A DNA stretch of 48,540 bases from Desulfobacterales bacterium (GTDB taxonomy: Bacteria; Desulfobacterota; Desulfobacteria; Desulfobacterales; Desulfatibacillaceae), in NCBI GenBank assembly GCA_020060085.1, contig JAGVAW010000034.1, positions 1-48,540 of the forward strand, given 5' to 3'. The notes beneath the pieces were generated by a model, which saw nothing but the letters and a program-made list of their open reading frames with translations, ran no database searches and was not told where the DNA came from. Made by a program: the position numbers and the translations under genes. This document shows positions 1-7,635 of this stretch, piece by piece. The first letter of the stretch is position 1, and each line of letters begins with the position of its first letter.

Positions 1-819
1 ATGATGGCCGTGCCCACAGGCGCAAAGGGCTTTACCTTTGGCAAGATCGAAAAAAAGATGGGCCAGAAGGCCTGCCCTGCAAGCGAGCTTGTTTTTGACA
101 ACTGCTTTGTGCCTGATGAGCATATAGCCCTTGAGTTCGACAAGGAATCAGGCCTCTCCCGCAGCGTGCGGGATACCTGTATGCAGATAATCCACTATGT
201 TGTTTCCACATCCAGGGCAGGGGTCGGGGCATTCGGCGCGGGTGCGGCAAGGGGCGCATACAACAAGGCTCTGGAGTTTGCCTCCAAAACAAGGGTCAGC
301 AACAGGCTTCTCATAAACCACGAGTGGGTGCAGTGCCTGCTGGCTGAAATGTACAAGAATGCAATGCTGGCAAGGCTTTCCTACATAGAGACAAACTATG
401 CCAACAGCCTTTGCGGCTCATTCAAAGACCTTTTCGAGCCGCCATTCTTCTACATGAACAAGCACCTGCCAAAAGGCCTTTTCGAAAAGGTTGCAGGCCC
501 CTTTCTGAACAAGCCTGCTGCCACGGCCTTACTGCGAAAGCGCTCCCTTGAAGGCCAGCAGGACTGCGAAATGCACCGGACCTCCGGCTGGGCCTCTTTG
601 TCCAAATTCGCATCAACAGATTTTGCCATGGAAAACTGCCACCTTGCCTTGGAGCTTATGGGCCAGGCAGGTCTGCGCCACGAAAACGGGGCGGAAAAAA
701 TATTGCGGGATGCAAAGCTTTTGCAGATTTACGAAGGAACAAACCAGTTGAACAGGCTTAACCTGTTTCAATGCCTCATTGCAGGTGCCTGCCCGGATGC
801 CTGCGTGTTTGACGAGTGA
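1..819 (+). CDS. Acyl-CoA dehydrogenase, C-terminal ~270 aa (5' end cut by window edge)
   Basis: The ORF runs from base 1. The translation has ACAD middle and C-terminal hallmarks (GFTFGKIEKKMGQKACPASELVFDNCFVP ... LRDAKLLQIYEGTNQLNRLN). About 100 N-terminal residues expected for the family are absent. Confidence 0.85.
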   Translation: MMAVPTGAKGFTFGKIEKKMGQKACPASELVFDNCFVPDEHIALEFDKESGLSRSVRDTCMQIIHYVVSTSRAGVGAFGAGAARGAYNKALEFASKTRVSNRLLINHEWVQCLLAEMYKNAMLARLSYIETNYANSLCGSFKDLFEPPFFYMNKHLPKGLFEKVAGPFLNKPAATALLRKRSLEGQQDCEMHRTSGWASLSKFASTDFAMENCHLALELMGQAGLRHENGAEKILRDAKLLQIYEGTNQLNRLNLFQCLIAGACPDACVFDE

Positions 820-897
820 GGGGATTGAAAAAGGGTTCCCCCGCAAAAAATGCAGCTTTTTAATTTTGCAAAAAATCATAATACGGAGAAAAGGCTC

Positions 898-2022
898 ATG
901 CCAGGCTCACGCCAAAGAGAAATAGCCCTTATGGAAAAGGCTGCAAACGACTTTTCCTCAAAAATGCTTCTTCCTGACCGCCAGGAGAATGACCGCTACC
1001 CTGATGCGCCTTTTTTTGAAAAGGCCCTGGAAAAGGCCAAGGAGCTTGACTTTTTCAATATGGCCTTAAGCGAGGAAATGGGCGGGACAGGCGGCAGCAT
1101 GGAGCTTTTGGGCGCTCTGCTTGCCGGGCTTTGCCGCACGGATGCCAGCATGGCGGCCCTTGTGCTTGTAAACGCATTCTGCCAGCACATTCTTCTTGAA
1201 ACAGGCCGGGGGGATATTCTTTTATCCCTTGCAGAAAAGGCCGGGCAATCCCCCCAAAGCCTGCTTGCCTGCCCGATTTTTGTTGATCCCTCCGAAACCG
1301 GGCTACAAGCTTCTGCAATCTCCAAGGCCGGAGGGTGGATTCTTTCGGGCAGCACGGAGTTTGTTGTGGCAGCAAATCTGGCCTCCCATGCACTTATTCC
1401 TGCAAGCACGGATGAAGATGGCTCCTGGGCCTGGTTTCTGGCAGACTGCTCCGGCAAGGGCGCAAATATCAGCGAGCCGGTTTTTTCGCTGGGCTTACAC
1501 GCCTGCCCTGCCGCAGACATTACCTTTGACAAGGCAAAGGCGGTTCTGCTTGGGGATAAAAACAGCGGGCCAGCGGTTTTTGATGCGGTTTGCAGCAGGT
1601 TTTTCGGGCTTGGGGCCTTCATGTTTGCAGGAATAATGGAAGGTGCTGCAAAGGATGCAATTGATTACGCCAAAAAGCGCGAGCAGGGCGGCAGGAAGAT
1701 AGTTCACTGGTCCCAGATGCAGATGATGCTTTCAGATTTGGCCCACAAGGCCCATGTTGCGGCAATCCTGGCCAGAGCCGCCTGTGTTGCAGTGGATGAA
1801 GACGCAAAGGATGCGCCCAGAACCGGGCTTGCGGCCTTCCTCCGGGCCGGGGCTGATGCCTGTCATGCCACCACAGACGGCATTCAGGCCCTGGGAGGGG
1901 TGGGCTACATGAAGGATTTTGGCCAGGAAAAACGCTTCCGGGACGCCAAACACCTCCAGGCCCTATGGGGCATATATCCGCTCAAAAAAATACGCTATCT
2001 GAAAATGGCCACCAAAATTTAG
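898..2022 (+). CDS. Acyl-CoA dehydrogenase family protein (second, divergent ACAD)
   Basis: ORF 850..2022. I prefer the ATG at 898, which follows GGAGAAAAGG. The layout is ACAD-like (N-terminal REIALMEKAANDF..., C-terminal GGVGYMKDFGQEKRFRDAKHLQALWG). An alternative start lies at 850. Confidence 0.75.
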   Translation: MPGSRQREIALMEKAANDFSSKMLLPDRQENDRYPDAPFFEKALEKAKELDFFNMALSEEMGGTGGSMELLGALLAGLCRTDASMAALVLVNAFCQHILLETGRGDILLSLAEKAGQSPQSLLACPIFVDPSETGLQASAISKAGGWILSGSTEFVVAANLASHALIPASTDEDGSWAWFLADCSGKGANISEPVFSLGLHACPAADITFDKAKAVLLGDKNSGPAVFDAVCSRFFGLGAFMFAGIMEGAAKDAIDYAKKREQGGRKIVHWSQMQMMLSDLAHKAHVAAILARAACVAVDEDAKDAPRTGLAAFLRAGADACHATTDGIQALGGVGYMKDFGQEKRFRDAKHLQALWGIYPLKKIRYLKMATKI

Positions 2023-2041
2023 CACACATCCTGCTTTGGTA

Positions 2042-2093
2042 AAAACGCCATAAGGGTTGCGAGCTTTTGCCCGGCAACCCTTATGGCGTTTTT
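2042..2093. terminator. Rho-independent-type hairpin between convergent ACAD genes and the NifX-like gene
   Basis: A perfect 19-bp inverted repeat, AAAACGCCATAAGGGTTGC (2042..2060) and GCAACCCTTATGGCGTTTT (2074..2092). It has an A-run on one side and a T-run on the other, so it could terminate in both directions. Confidence 0.8.
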
Positions 2094-2165
2094 GTAATCA
2101 CAGGAACTGCTACCTGATCCACCGCAGGCACAACAGGCCTCCTGAAAATATTGGAAGCGCCTTTT

Positions 2166-2501
2166 TTAATGGTCGCAGGTGTTGGGGCCAGTAACAAGGT
2201 TTTGGGAAAGATATTGCTTGACCAGGGTTTCCGGGTCCAGGGCAGGCGCGCCTGTTACAACCTTTACGCCTGCCTGGGTAAAAAGGTCTTGAGCCCTGTG
2301 GCCCATGCCGCCTGCAATTATTACATTGGCACCAATTTCGCCCAGCCATTTGGGCAGCACGCCCGGCTCGTGGGGTGGCGGAACCAGGCTCTGGCTGTTC
2401 ACGATGTTGCCGTCATTGTCCGTGTCAATCACCGCAAAGGTTTCGCAGTGTCCAAAATGCATACAGAGCTTGCCATTGGCTATGGGGATGGCGATTTTCA
2501 T
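2166..2501 (-). CDS. NifX/NifB-C-terminal-like (dinitrogenase FeMo-cofactor-binding fold) small protein
   Basis: Translation MKIAIPIANGKLCMHFGHCETFAVID...GANVIIAGGMGHRAQDLFTQAGVKVV matches the family pattern. The ATG at 2501 is preceded by GGAGAA. The ORF track extends to 2588, but that upstream part has no RBS support. Confidence 0.8.
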   Translation of the reverse strand: MKIAIPIANGKLCMHFGHCETFAVIDTDNDGNIVNSQSLVPPPHEPGVLPKWLGEIGANVIIAGGMGHRAQDLFTQAGVKVVTGAPALDPETLVKQYLSQNLVTGPNTCDH

Positions 2502-2578
2502 TTGTTTCTCCTGTTGCTCTAAAAAGTTTTTTGTTTTGCCTGCCGGAAAAAGCTCCGGCAAGATGGCGACAAGTTTTA

Positions 2579-2941
2579 TCAGGCCCAATGCCCGTCAACA
2601 TCCGCTCCCTGTGAAGCCTTCATTTTTCCCTGCTTGTAGGCCTCCACACTTTGTTTTACCGTGCCGGATGCCCCGGTATAAACCTCTATGCCTGCGGCAT
2701 TGAGCACGGCAAAGGCTTTTGGCCCGCAATGGCCTGTGAGTACGGCCTTTGCACCCGTATCCGCCACGGTTTTGCCTGCCTGAATGCCAGCCCCCTGGGG
2801 CAGGTTAAGGTTCTGGCTGTTTTCCACAGCCTGGTGCTCCATGGTTTGGGTGTCCACAACAACAAAGTAGGCAGCCCTGCCAAAACGCGGGTCCACCTGG
2901 CTTTCCAGCGTTGCGCCAGTTGCTGTTACTGCGATTTTCAT
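2579..2941 (-). CDS. NifX/NifB-C-terminal-like small protein (second copy)
   Basis: Translation MKIAVTATGATLESQVDPRFGRAAYFVVVD...AVLTGHCGPKAFAVLNAAGIEVY. The ATG at 2941 is preceded by AGGAGG. Confidence 0.8.
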   Translation of the reverse strand: MKIAVTATGATLESQVDPRFGRAAYFVVVDTQTMEHQAVENSQNLNLPQGAGIQAGKTVADTGAKAVLTGHCGPKAFAVLNAAGIEVYTGASGTVKQSVEAYKQGKMKASQGADVDGHWA

Positions 2942-2999
2942 AAATAACACCTCCTGTATGCTGCAAATTGCAGCCTGCTGAATGCGGCCCGAAAAGGGG

Positions 3000-3230
3000 T
3001 CAATGGCCGCAGCAGTGCTTGGGGTTTGCGCAAGGGGTTTTGGCCCCGCAGCAGGAAGAGCCTGCCCCGGATGATGTGCCCTGGCTGATTACAAGGCTTT
3101 GTCCCGCGCTCAAAATTTTTTCCATTACCTGGTTGCAGGCAGCACATAAAGGAGGATTCTGCTGCTCCCCCATTTCCAGCCGCTCAACTGTTGCACCGCA
3201 CTTTTTGCAACTGTATTCGTAAATAGGCAT
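3000..3230 (-). CDS. FmdB-family zinc-ribbon protein (CxxC...CxxC) with Cys-rich tail
   Basis: Translation MPIYEYSCKKCGATVERLE...PPLCAACNQ is the characteristic N-terminus. The C-terminus is SSCCGAKTPCANPKHCCGH. Confidence 0.8.
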   Translation of the reverse strand: MPIYEYSCKKCGATVERLEMGEQQNPPLCAACNQVMEKILSAGQSLVISQGTSSGAGSSCCGAKTPCANPKHCCGH

Positions 3231-3292
3231 GATTTGGTTCTCCTGTTTGCAAACCGGACTGAAATCCGTCTGGCCGTTTAAGATTACTCCGG

Positions 3293-3751
3293 CTATTTTC
3301 CCTCTGCCTTTTTGCCCAGGGTTTTGGCAAAATAATTGTCGATAGCCGCTCGCACTGTGCTTGCAGCAAGGTGAGCGCAGTGGATGTGATCTTCAGGAAG
3401 CCCGCCAAGAAGATCGAGCACGGCCTTTGAGTCCAAATCTGCTGCCTGTGTAAGAGTTCTGCCCCTTGCAAGCTCGGCAGCGGCAGAGCCTGCAACAACG
3501 CTGGCCATGCAGCCGTCCGTATTGAAAAAGGCCTCTTTCACAAGGTCATCCTTTATGGAAAGAAATATCTCTATGGTGTCTCCGCACTGGCCCGTGAGGC
3601 TGGCAGAAGCATCGGGATTTTGCAGCACTCCAAAAAAGACCGGATTCTGCCAGCGGTCAAAAACCTTTTGTCCGAACTGCTCCTTCACCTGGGCGTCAAT
3701 GCTGCTCTGCATGGATTGGGCCCAGGCATCCAGGTCGTCTTTTATGTCCAT
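3293..3751 (-). CDS. IscU/NifU-N-terminal-like Fe-S scaffold-type protein
   Basis: All three scaffold Cys contexts are present: GQCGDTIEIFL, NTDGCMASVVAGS and HIHCAHLAASTV. Confidence 0.7.
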   Translation of the reverse strand: MDIKDDLDAWAQSMQSSIDAQVKEQFGQKVFDRWQNPVFFGVLQNPDASASLTGQCGDTIEIFLSIKDDLVKEAFFNTDGCMASVVAGSAAAELARGRTLTQAADLDSKAVLDLLGGLPEDHIHCAHLAASTVRAAIDNYFAKTLGKKAEGK

Positions 3752-3863
3752 AAATATTTGCTCCTGTTAATGCTACAACTGCAAAAGCCCAGCGCCAAAA
3801 GCAGCGGTCAAACCTTTAGCTTTGGCATCAAATCCTTTTTTAGCCCAAAATCGCTGGCCAGGC

Positions 3864-4742
3864 TCAGTTAGGGTTCGGCATTGCTTCAAGATGATCAACA
3901 ACCTTTGTCCAAAGGGTTTTTATGGCTGTTGATGCCGGGCCGGAGGAAAACTCCACAACGGTTTTGCCCTCCACCATGGCGCGGGTCACATCTTTATCGT
4001 AGGGAATGCCGCCCATAAATGTCATATTGTTGTCCTTTGCATATTGGGCAATCTGCGCGGAAACCTGGGGGTTCAAGTCCTCTTTGTTAACCGCAACAAG
4101 GGCTTCAACGCCAAAGTGCCGGGCAAGTTTTGCAGTGCGTTCCATGTCGTGATTGCCGCTTACAGTAGGCTCCGTGACAATAAGCACGGCAGATGCCCCT
4201 GTTACCGCGGCAATAACCGGGCATCCGATTCCCGGAGGCCCGTCCGTTAAAAGAAGCTCTGCCCCCTGCTTTTGCGCAAGCTCCCGGCCTTTGCTGCGAA
4301 CAAGGGCCACGAGCTTACCGGAGTTTTCCTCTGCAATGCCAAGGCGCGCATGAACCATTTGTCCAAAACGGGTGTTGGAAATAAACCATCTGCCCGATAG
4401 CCTTTTAGGGAAATCAATTGCATTTTCAGGGCATATATGCACGCATACTCCGCAACCCTCGCAGCCTATTGTTTTGACTGTAAAATCATTGCTGATTGCA
4501 TCAAAGGCGCAGTGCTCAATGCAAAGGCCGCAGCCAGTGCAAAGATTTTGGTTTATTATCGCCTTTGATCCACCGAAAAAATCCTCCTCATGCAGAATTT
4601 TCGGATGGGCCAGAAGGTGCATATCCGCAGCATCAACATCCGCATCCACAACAACGGCATCATCGGCCAGGCTCGCAAAGGCTGCGGCCAAGCTTGTCTT
4701 GCCCGTGCCGCCCTTGCCGGAGATGATCACAAGCTCTTTCAT
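3864..4742 (-). CDS. MinD/ParA-superfamily P-loop ATPase with inserted 2x[4Fe-4S] ferredoxin domain (COG1149-like)
   Basis: Deviant Walker A ISGKGGTGKTS, then CTGCGLCIEHCAFDAI and CEGCGVCVHICPENAI. It overlaps the upstream gene by 4 nt. Confidence 0.85.
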   Translation of the reverse strand: MKELVIISGKGGTGKTSLAAAFASLADDAVVVDADVDAADMHLLAHPKILHEEDFFGGSKAIINQNLCTGCGLCIEHCAFDAISNDFTVKTIGCEGCGVCVHICPENAIDFPKRLSGRWFISNTRFGQMVHARLGIAEENSGKLVALVRSKGRELAQKQGAELLLTDGPPGIGCPVIAAVTGASAVLIVTEPTVSGNHDMERTAKLARHFGVEALVAVNKEDLNPQVSAQIAQYAKDNNMTFMGGIPYDKDVTRAMVEGKTVVEFSSGPASTAIKTLWTKVVDHLEAMPNPN

Positions 4743-5611
4743 GGGTTTGACTCCTTTGGCCGGACAGCCAGGATTTTTTGGATATTTGCGTAAAGGCTTT
4801 CAAAAATCTGCGGCCAGCCATCAATACCTGCAACCATAAGCTCCCCACGGGAATAGGCTTGGGCAACCTGCCTGGAGTCGGGAATTTGGGCAAGTATTTC
4901 AATGCCTTCCTGCGCTGCATAACGGTTAACCCGGTCATCGCCTATGCCCATGCGGTTTATGACAATACCCATTGGCAGGTTTATGGCCCGGACGGTTTCC
5001 ACAGCCAGGGAAAGATCGTGAAGCCCAAATGGGGTCGGCTCGGTAACCAGCACCACAAAGTCGCAGCCTTCCATTGTTGTTACCACTGGGCATGATGTTC
5101 CAGGCGGGGCATCCAGAAGGGTTATCTGCTCATCTGCCGTGTTTTTGCGAACAGCGCGGATAAGGGGAGGAGCCATTGCTTCGCCCACCCGCAGGGTTCC
5201 ATGCACAAAGGCCACACCGCCAAGCCCTGTGCCCGTTTCAAGCTCGCCTAAAAGCCGCCCTGTATAGCTTATGGCCCCAGGCTCGCAGACAAGGGCGCAG
5301 CCATTGCAGCTATGGCACATCTCCGGAAAGGTCATCACCGTGTTGCCAAGGCAGAGAATGGCTGAAAAGCGGCAGAGTTTTCCACACTCACCGCACCCGG
5401 TGCAAAGCTCTTCATCCACCTTTGGAACAGGCGCGTAAACAGCTTGGGTCTTTTCAAATTCCGGTTTAAGAAAAAAGTGTGCGTTGGGCTGCTCCACATC
5501 GCAGTCCAGATAGCGCACCGAAAGGCCTTTTTGGGCCAGAACCCAGGCCAGGCTTGTGGCAACCGTGGTCTTGCCCGTGCCGCCCTTTCCGCTGGCCACT
5601 GCAATTTTCAT
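4739..5611 (-). CDS. MinD/ParA-superfamily P-loop ATPase with inserted ferredoxin domain (paralog)
   Basis: Motifs ASGKGGTGKTT, CTGCGECGKLCRFSAI and CHSCNGCALVCEPGAI. It overlaps both neighbouring genes by 4 nt. Confidence 0.85.
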   Translation of the reverse strand: MKIAVASGKGGTGKTTVATSLAWVLAQKGLSVRYLDCDVEQPNAHFFLKPEFEKTQAVYAPVPKVDEELCTGCGECGKLCRFSAILCLGNTVMTFPEMCHSCNGCALVCEPGAISYTGRLLGELETGTGLGGVAFVHGTLRVGEAMAPPLIRAVRKNTADEQITLLDAPPGTSCPVVTTMEGCDFVVLVTEPTPFGLHDLSLAVETVRAINLPMGIVINRMGIGDDRVNRYAAQEGIEILAQIPDSRQVAQAYSRGELMVAGIDGWPQIFESLYANIQKILAVRPKESNP

Positions 5612-6048
5612 GGCTGCTCTCCTCCCATTTCGTCATCCTTGTAGCGAAAAACTTCTTCCTCTCCGCAGGAGGGGCAGACCTGTGGACGGCCTGTTCCAAA
5701 TGGCTCATCCCAGCGGCCCCCGCAGGTGCGGCATGAAAAGCGCCTCATCTCCGGCCCCGGTCTCATGGCAACAGGCCCGCCTTCCACCATAAGGGCCTTG
5801 CCGTGCACAAGGGCATCGGCAACCGTTTTTCTGGCCTTGCCCACAATGCGGCCAAAGGTTGCCCGCGAAACCGCCATCTGCTCGCCTGCCTCCTCATGGC
5901 TCAAACCCAAAAGATCAGCCAGCCGCAGAGCTTCCAGCTCATCAACAGTTATACGGACCTCCATCAGCTCCCTCATGGGAACTCCACGGGGCTTGAAATA
6001 GTTTGAAGCGGGACTGTGGCCTACTCTTCTTTGCTTTCTGGGGCGCAT
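5608..6048 (-). CDS. DUF134 (UPF0251) putative DNA-binding protein with C-terminal CxxC...CxxC extension
   Basis: Translation MRPRKQRRVGHSPASNYFKPRGVP...ITVDELEALRLADLLGLSHEEAGEQMAVSRATFGRIVGKARKTVADAL is the DUF134 sigma-70-region-4-like HTH pattern. The tail is CRTCGG...CPSCG. The ATG at 6048 is preceded by AGGAGA. Confidence 0.8.
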   Translation of the reverse strand: MRPRKQRRVGHSPASNYFKPRGVPMRELMEVRITVDELEALRLADLLGLSHEEAGEQMAVSRATFGRIVGKARKTVADALVHGKALMVEGGPVAMRPGPEMRRFSCRTCGGRWDEPFGTGRPQVCPSCGEEEVFRYKDDEMGGEQP

Positions 6049-6061
6049 GGCATCTCCTATT

Positions 6062-6107
6062 AGCATATGCTCAAAAGAATAATAGGGTTTGAAAAATCCC
6101 TTGTCAA
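6062..6107 (-). promoter_or_regulatory. Predicted sigma70 promoter of the DUF134 operon with palindrome at +1
   Basis: On the minus strand: TTGACA (6107..6102), a 17-nt spacer, then TATTAT (6084..6079), followed by the palindrome AGCATATGCT (6062..6071). Confidence 0.5.
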
Positions 6108-6314
6108 GGCAGGGGAAATATCATTTTTAAGGCTTAAGTTGCCACCTGATTATGATTAAAATTAAATTAAATCAATATTATAAATGAAAGAAAAGGTCAT
6201 GTCTGCCCGGATTTCTCCAAAAAATTTTCTCCAGAGGGGATTTTAAGCGATTTTATTGCTTTAAATCAAGTCATTGTATAGCAAATTTGTCAAGATTCTC
6301 CAAAAATATTTCCC

Positions 6315-6360
6315 TTGACAAAGGCATTTTACAGCCTTAATGTAATGAGCAAATGCTCAT
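6315..6360 (+). promoter_or_regulatory. Predicted sigma70 promoter of the DUF5320 genes with palindrome at +1
   Basis: TTGACA (6315..6320), a 17-nt spacer, then TAATGT (6338..6343), followed by the palindrome ATGAGCAAATGCTCAT (6345..6360). Confidence 0.5.
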
Positions 6361-6378
6361 AACAAAGGAGGTGAGAGC

Positions 6379-6579
6379 ATGCCAAGACAGGACGGAACAG
6401 GACCCAGCGGCAAGGGGCCGGGAACAGGCAGAGGAACAGGAAACTGCCGCAAAGGCGGCGACAACCAGAACATCAAGCCAGGTAACGGAGCAGGTCAAGG
6501 CCAGGGTCGCAAGGACGGCAACCGTGGCAGTGGTCAGGGTCAAGGCCAGGGATCGGGCCAGGGCCGCAAGGGCCGTTAG
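6379..6579 (+). CDS. DUF5320-like glycine-rich small protein (GQ-repeat tail)
   Basis: N-terminus MPRQDGTGPSGKGPGTGRGTGNC fits the DUF5320 signature MPxxDGTGPxGxGPxTGRGxGxC. A strong RBS, AAGGAGG, lies upstream. Confidence 0.7.
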   Translation: MPRQDGTGPSGKGPGTGRGTGNCRKGGDNQNIKPGNGAGQGQGRKDGNRGSGQGQGQGSGQGRKGR

Positions 6580-6631
6580 AGGCAAAAACTTTTTGCCAGC
6601 CCAAAAGCTTATTTGAAAAAGGAGGTTTGCC

Positions 6632-6952
6632 ATGCCAGGATTTGACGGAACAGGACCCAGGGGAATGGGGCCGCAGACAGGGGGCGGCTTTGGGCGCTGC
6701 AATCCTGCCAATCAACGGGGAGCAGGCTTTGCAGGGCGGGGCTTTGGCCCTAATTTTGGGCGCGGATGCGGACGGGGTTTTGGCCGAGGCCGCGGCTTAT
6801 CGGGCGGTTATATTTTTGCAGACTTTCCGCAAAGGGAAGGCTCTTTGGGAGAGCAGACCAGCCAGGACTTGCTTTTCGCCAGGCTGCGCCAGCTTGAAGA
6901 CGAGCTTGCTGCCTTAAAGCGAAGCCTGGGCAAAGAAATCGCAAAAGGGTAA
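6632..6952 (+). CDS. DUF5320-like protein with C-terminal coiled-coil segment
   Basis: Translation MPGFDGTGPRGMGPQTGGGFGRC, then GRG repeats, then LLFARLRQLEDELAALKRSL. RBS AAGGAGG lies upstream. Confidence 0.75.
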   Translation: MPGFDGTGPRGMGPQTGGGFGRCNPANQRGAGFAGRGFGPNFGRGCGRGFGRGRGLSGGYIFADFPQREGSLGEQTSQDLLFARLRQLEDELAALKRSLGKEIAKG

Positions 6953-6974
6953 GGTGTGTGAGGCAAGCCCATTA

Positions 6975-7000
6975 GGGGAAGGGGAGTCATCCCCTTCCCC
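6975..7000. terminator. GC-rich hairpin between convergent DUF5320 and PocR genes
   Basis: GGGGAAGGGGA-GTCA-TCCCCTTCCCC, an 11-bp perfect stem. There is no clear U-tract, so the terminator function is only inferred. Confidence 0.45.
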
Positions 7001-7022
7001 AGACAATACCGGGCCAAAGGGC

Positions 7023-7535
7023 TTATCCTGCCTTTTTGGCTGTACGGCAAAGAATCTCCAGGCGCTCTTCAATGAAATCCTTTATCTGAAAGGCTTCTTG
7101 TGTTGTAAGGCTTCCAATATCTTGAGCAAGGGAAGCAATCTGCCTTTCATCAAGGCCTGAAGTCTTATTTATCAGAAAGCTTTCCACCTCGCCTTCATCA
7201 GGCAGAACTCCGCAGACACCTACAGTTCCAAGAAAATCGCCATCCAGCAGAATGGGAACAGCAATTTTGACCATGCCCGCATCGCACTGGTCAATCACCG
7301 AACTTTGAGAGGCCCTGGCACGCGCCGATATGTTCTGGTTGCTTGCCATGCAGATTGCAGAAAGAGAATTGGGATTGCTCTTGATGGCCGGGCACAGGCT
7401 GTTAGCAAAAAGCTTCGCACCGGAAAGACCCTTGCCATCGGAATCAAAAATCGTGCAGTTGATGTTGAAACGGTCGTGCAAATCCCGTTCAAATGAGGTC
7501 CAGTCCTCCATGGGCAAGATGTCGGTCAGTTGCAT
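7023..7535 (-). CDS. PocR-type sensory domain protein (stand-alone)
   Basis: The pattern CTIFDSDGK...LCPAIKSN...AICMASN...DQCDAGMVKIAVPILLDGDFLGTVGVCG resembles the PocR ligand-binding domain. Confidence 0.65.
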   Translation of the reverse strand: MQLTDILPMEDWTSFERDLHDRFNINCTIFDSDGKGLSGAKLFANSLCPAIKSNPNSLSAICMASNQNISARARASQSSVIDQCDAGMVKIAVPILLDGDFLGTVGVCGVLPDEGEVESFLINKTSGLDERQIASLAQDIGSLTTQEAFQIKDFIEERLEILCRTAKKAG

Positions 7536-7635
7536 ATTTTCTCCATTAACAGGACAGACTTTTTCTGTTTTTAGCTAAAGAAAAAATGCCCATTGTCAAC
7601 AGCATGGCTTGTCTGCCTTTGGGAAACACATAAAA

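Noticed and set aside
6184-6246. A tiny ORF (MKEKVMSARISPKNFLQRGF) in the AT-rich DUF134/DUF5320 intergenic region.
   Set aside because: It has no RBS and lies inside a region better explained by two divergent promoters and repeats. It is too short to evaluate.
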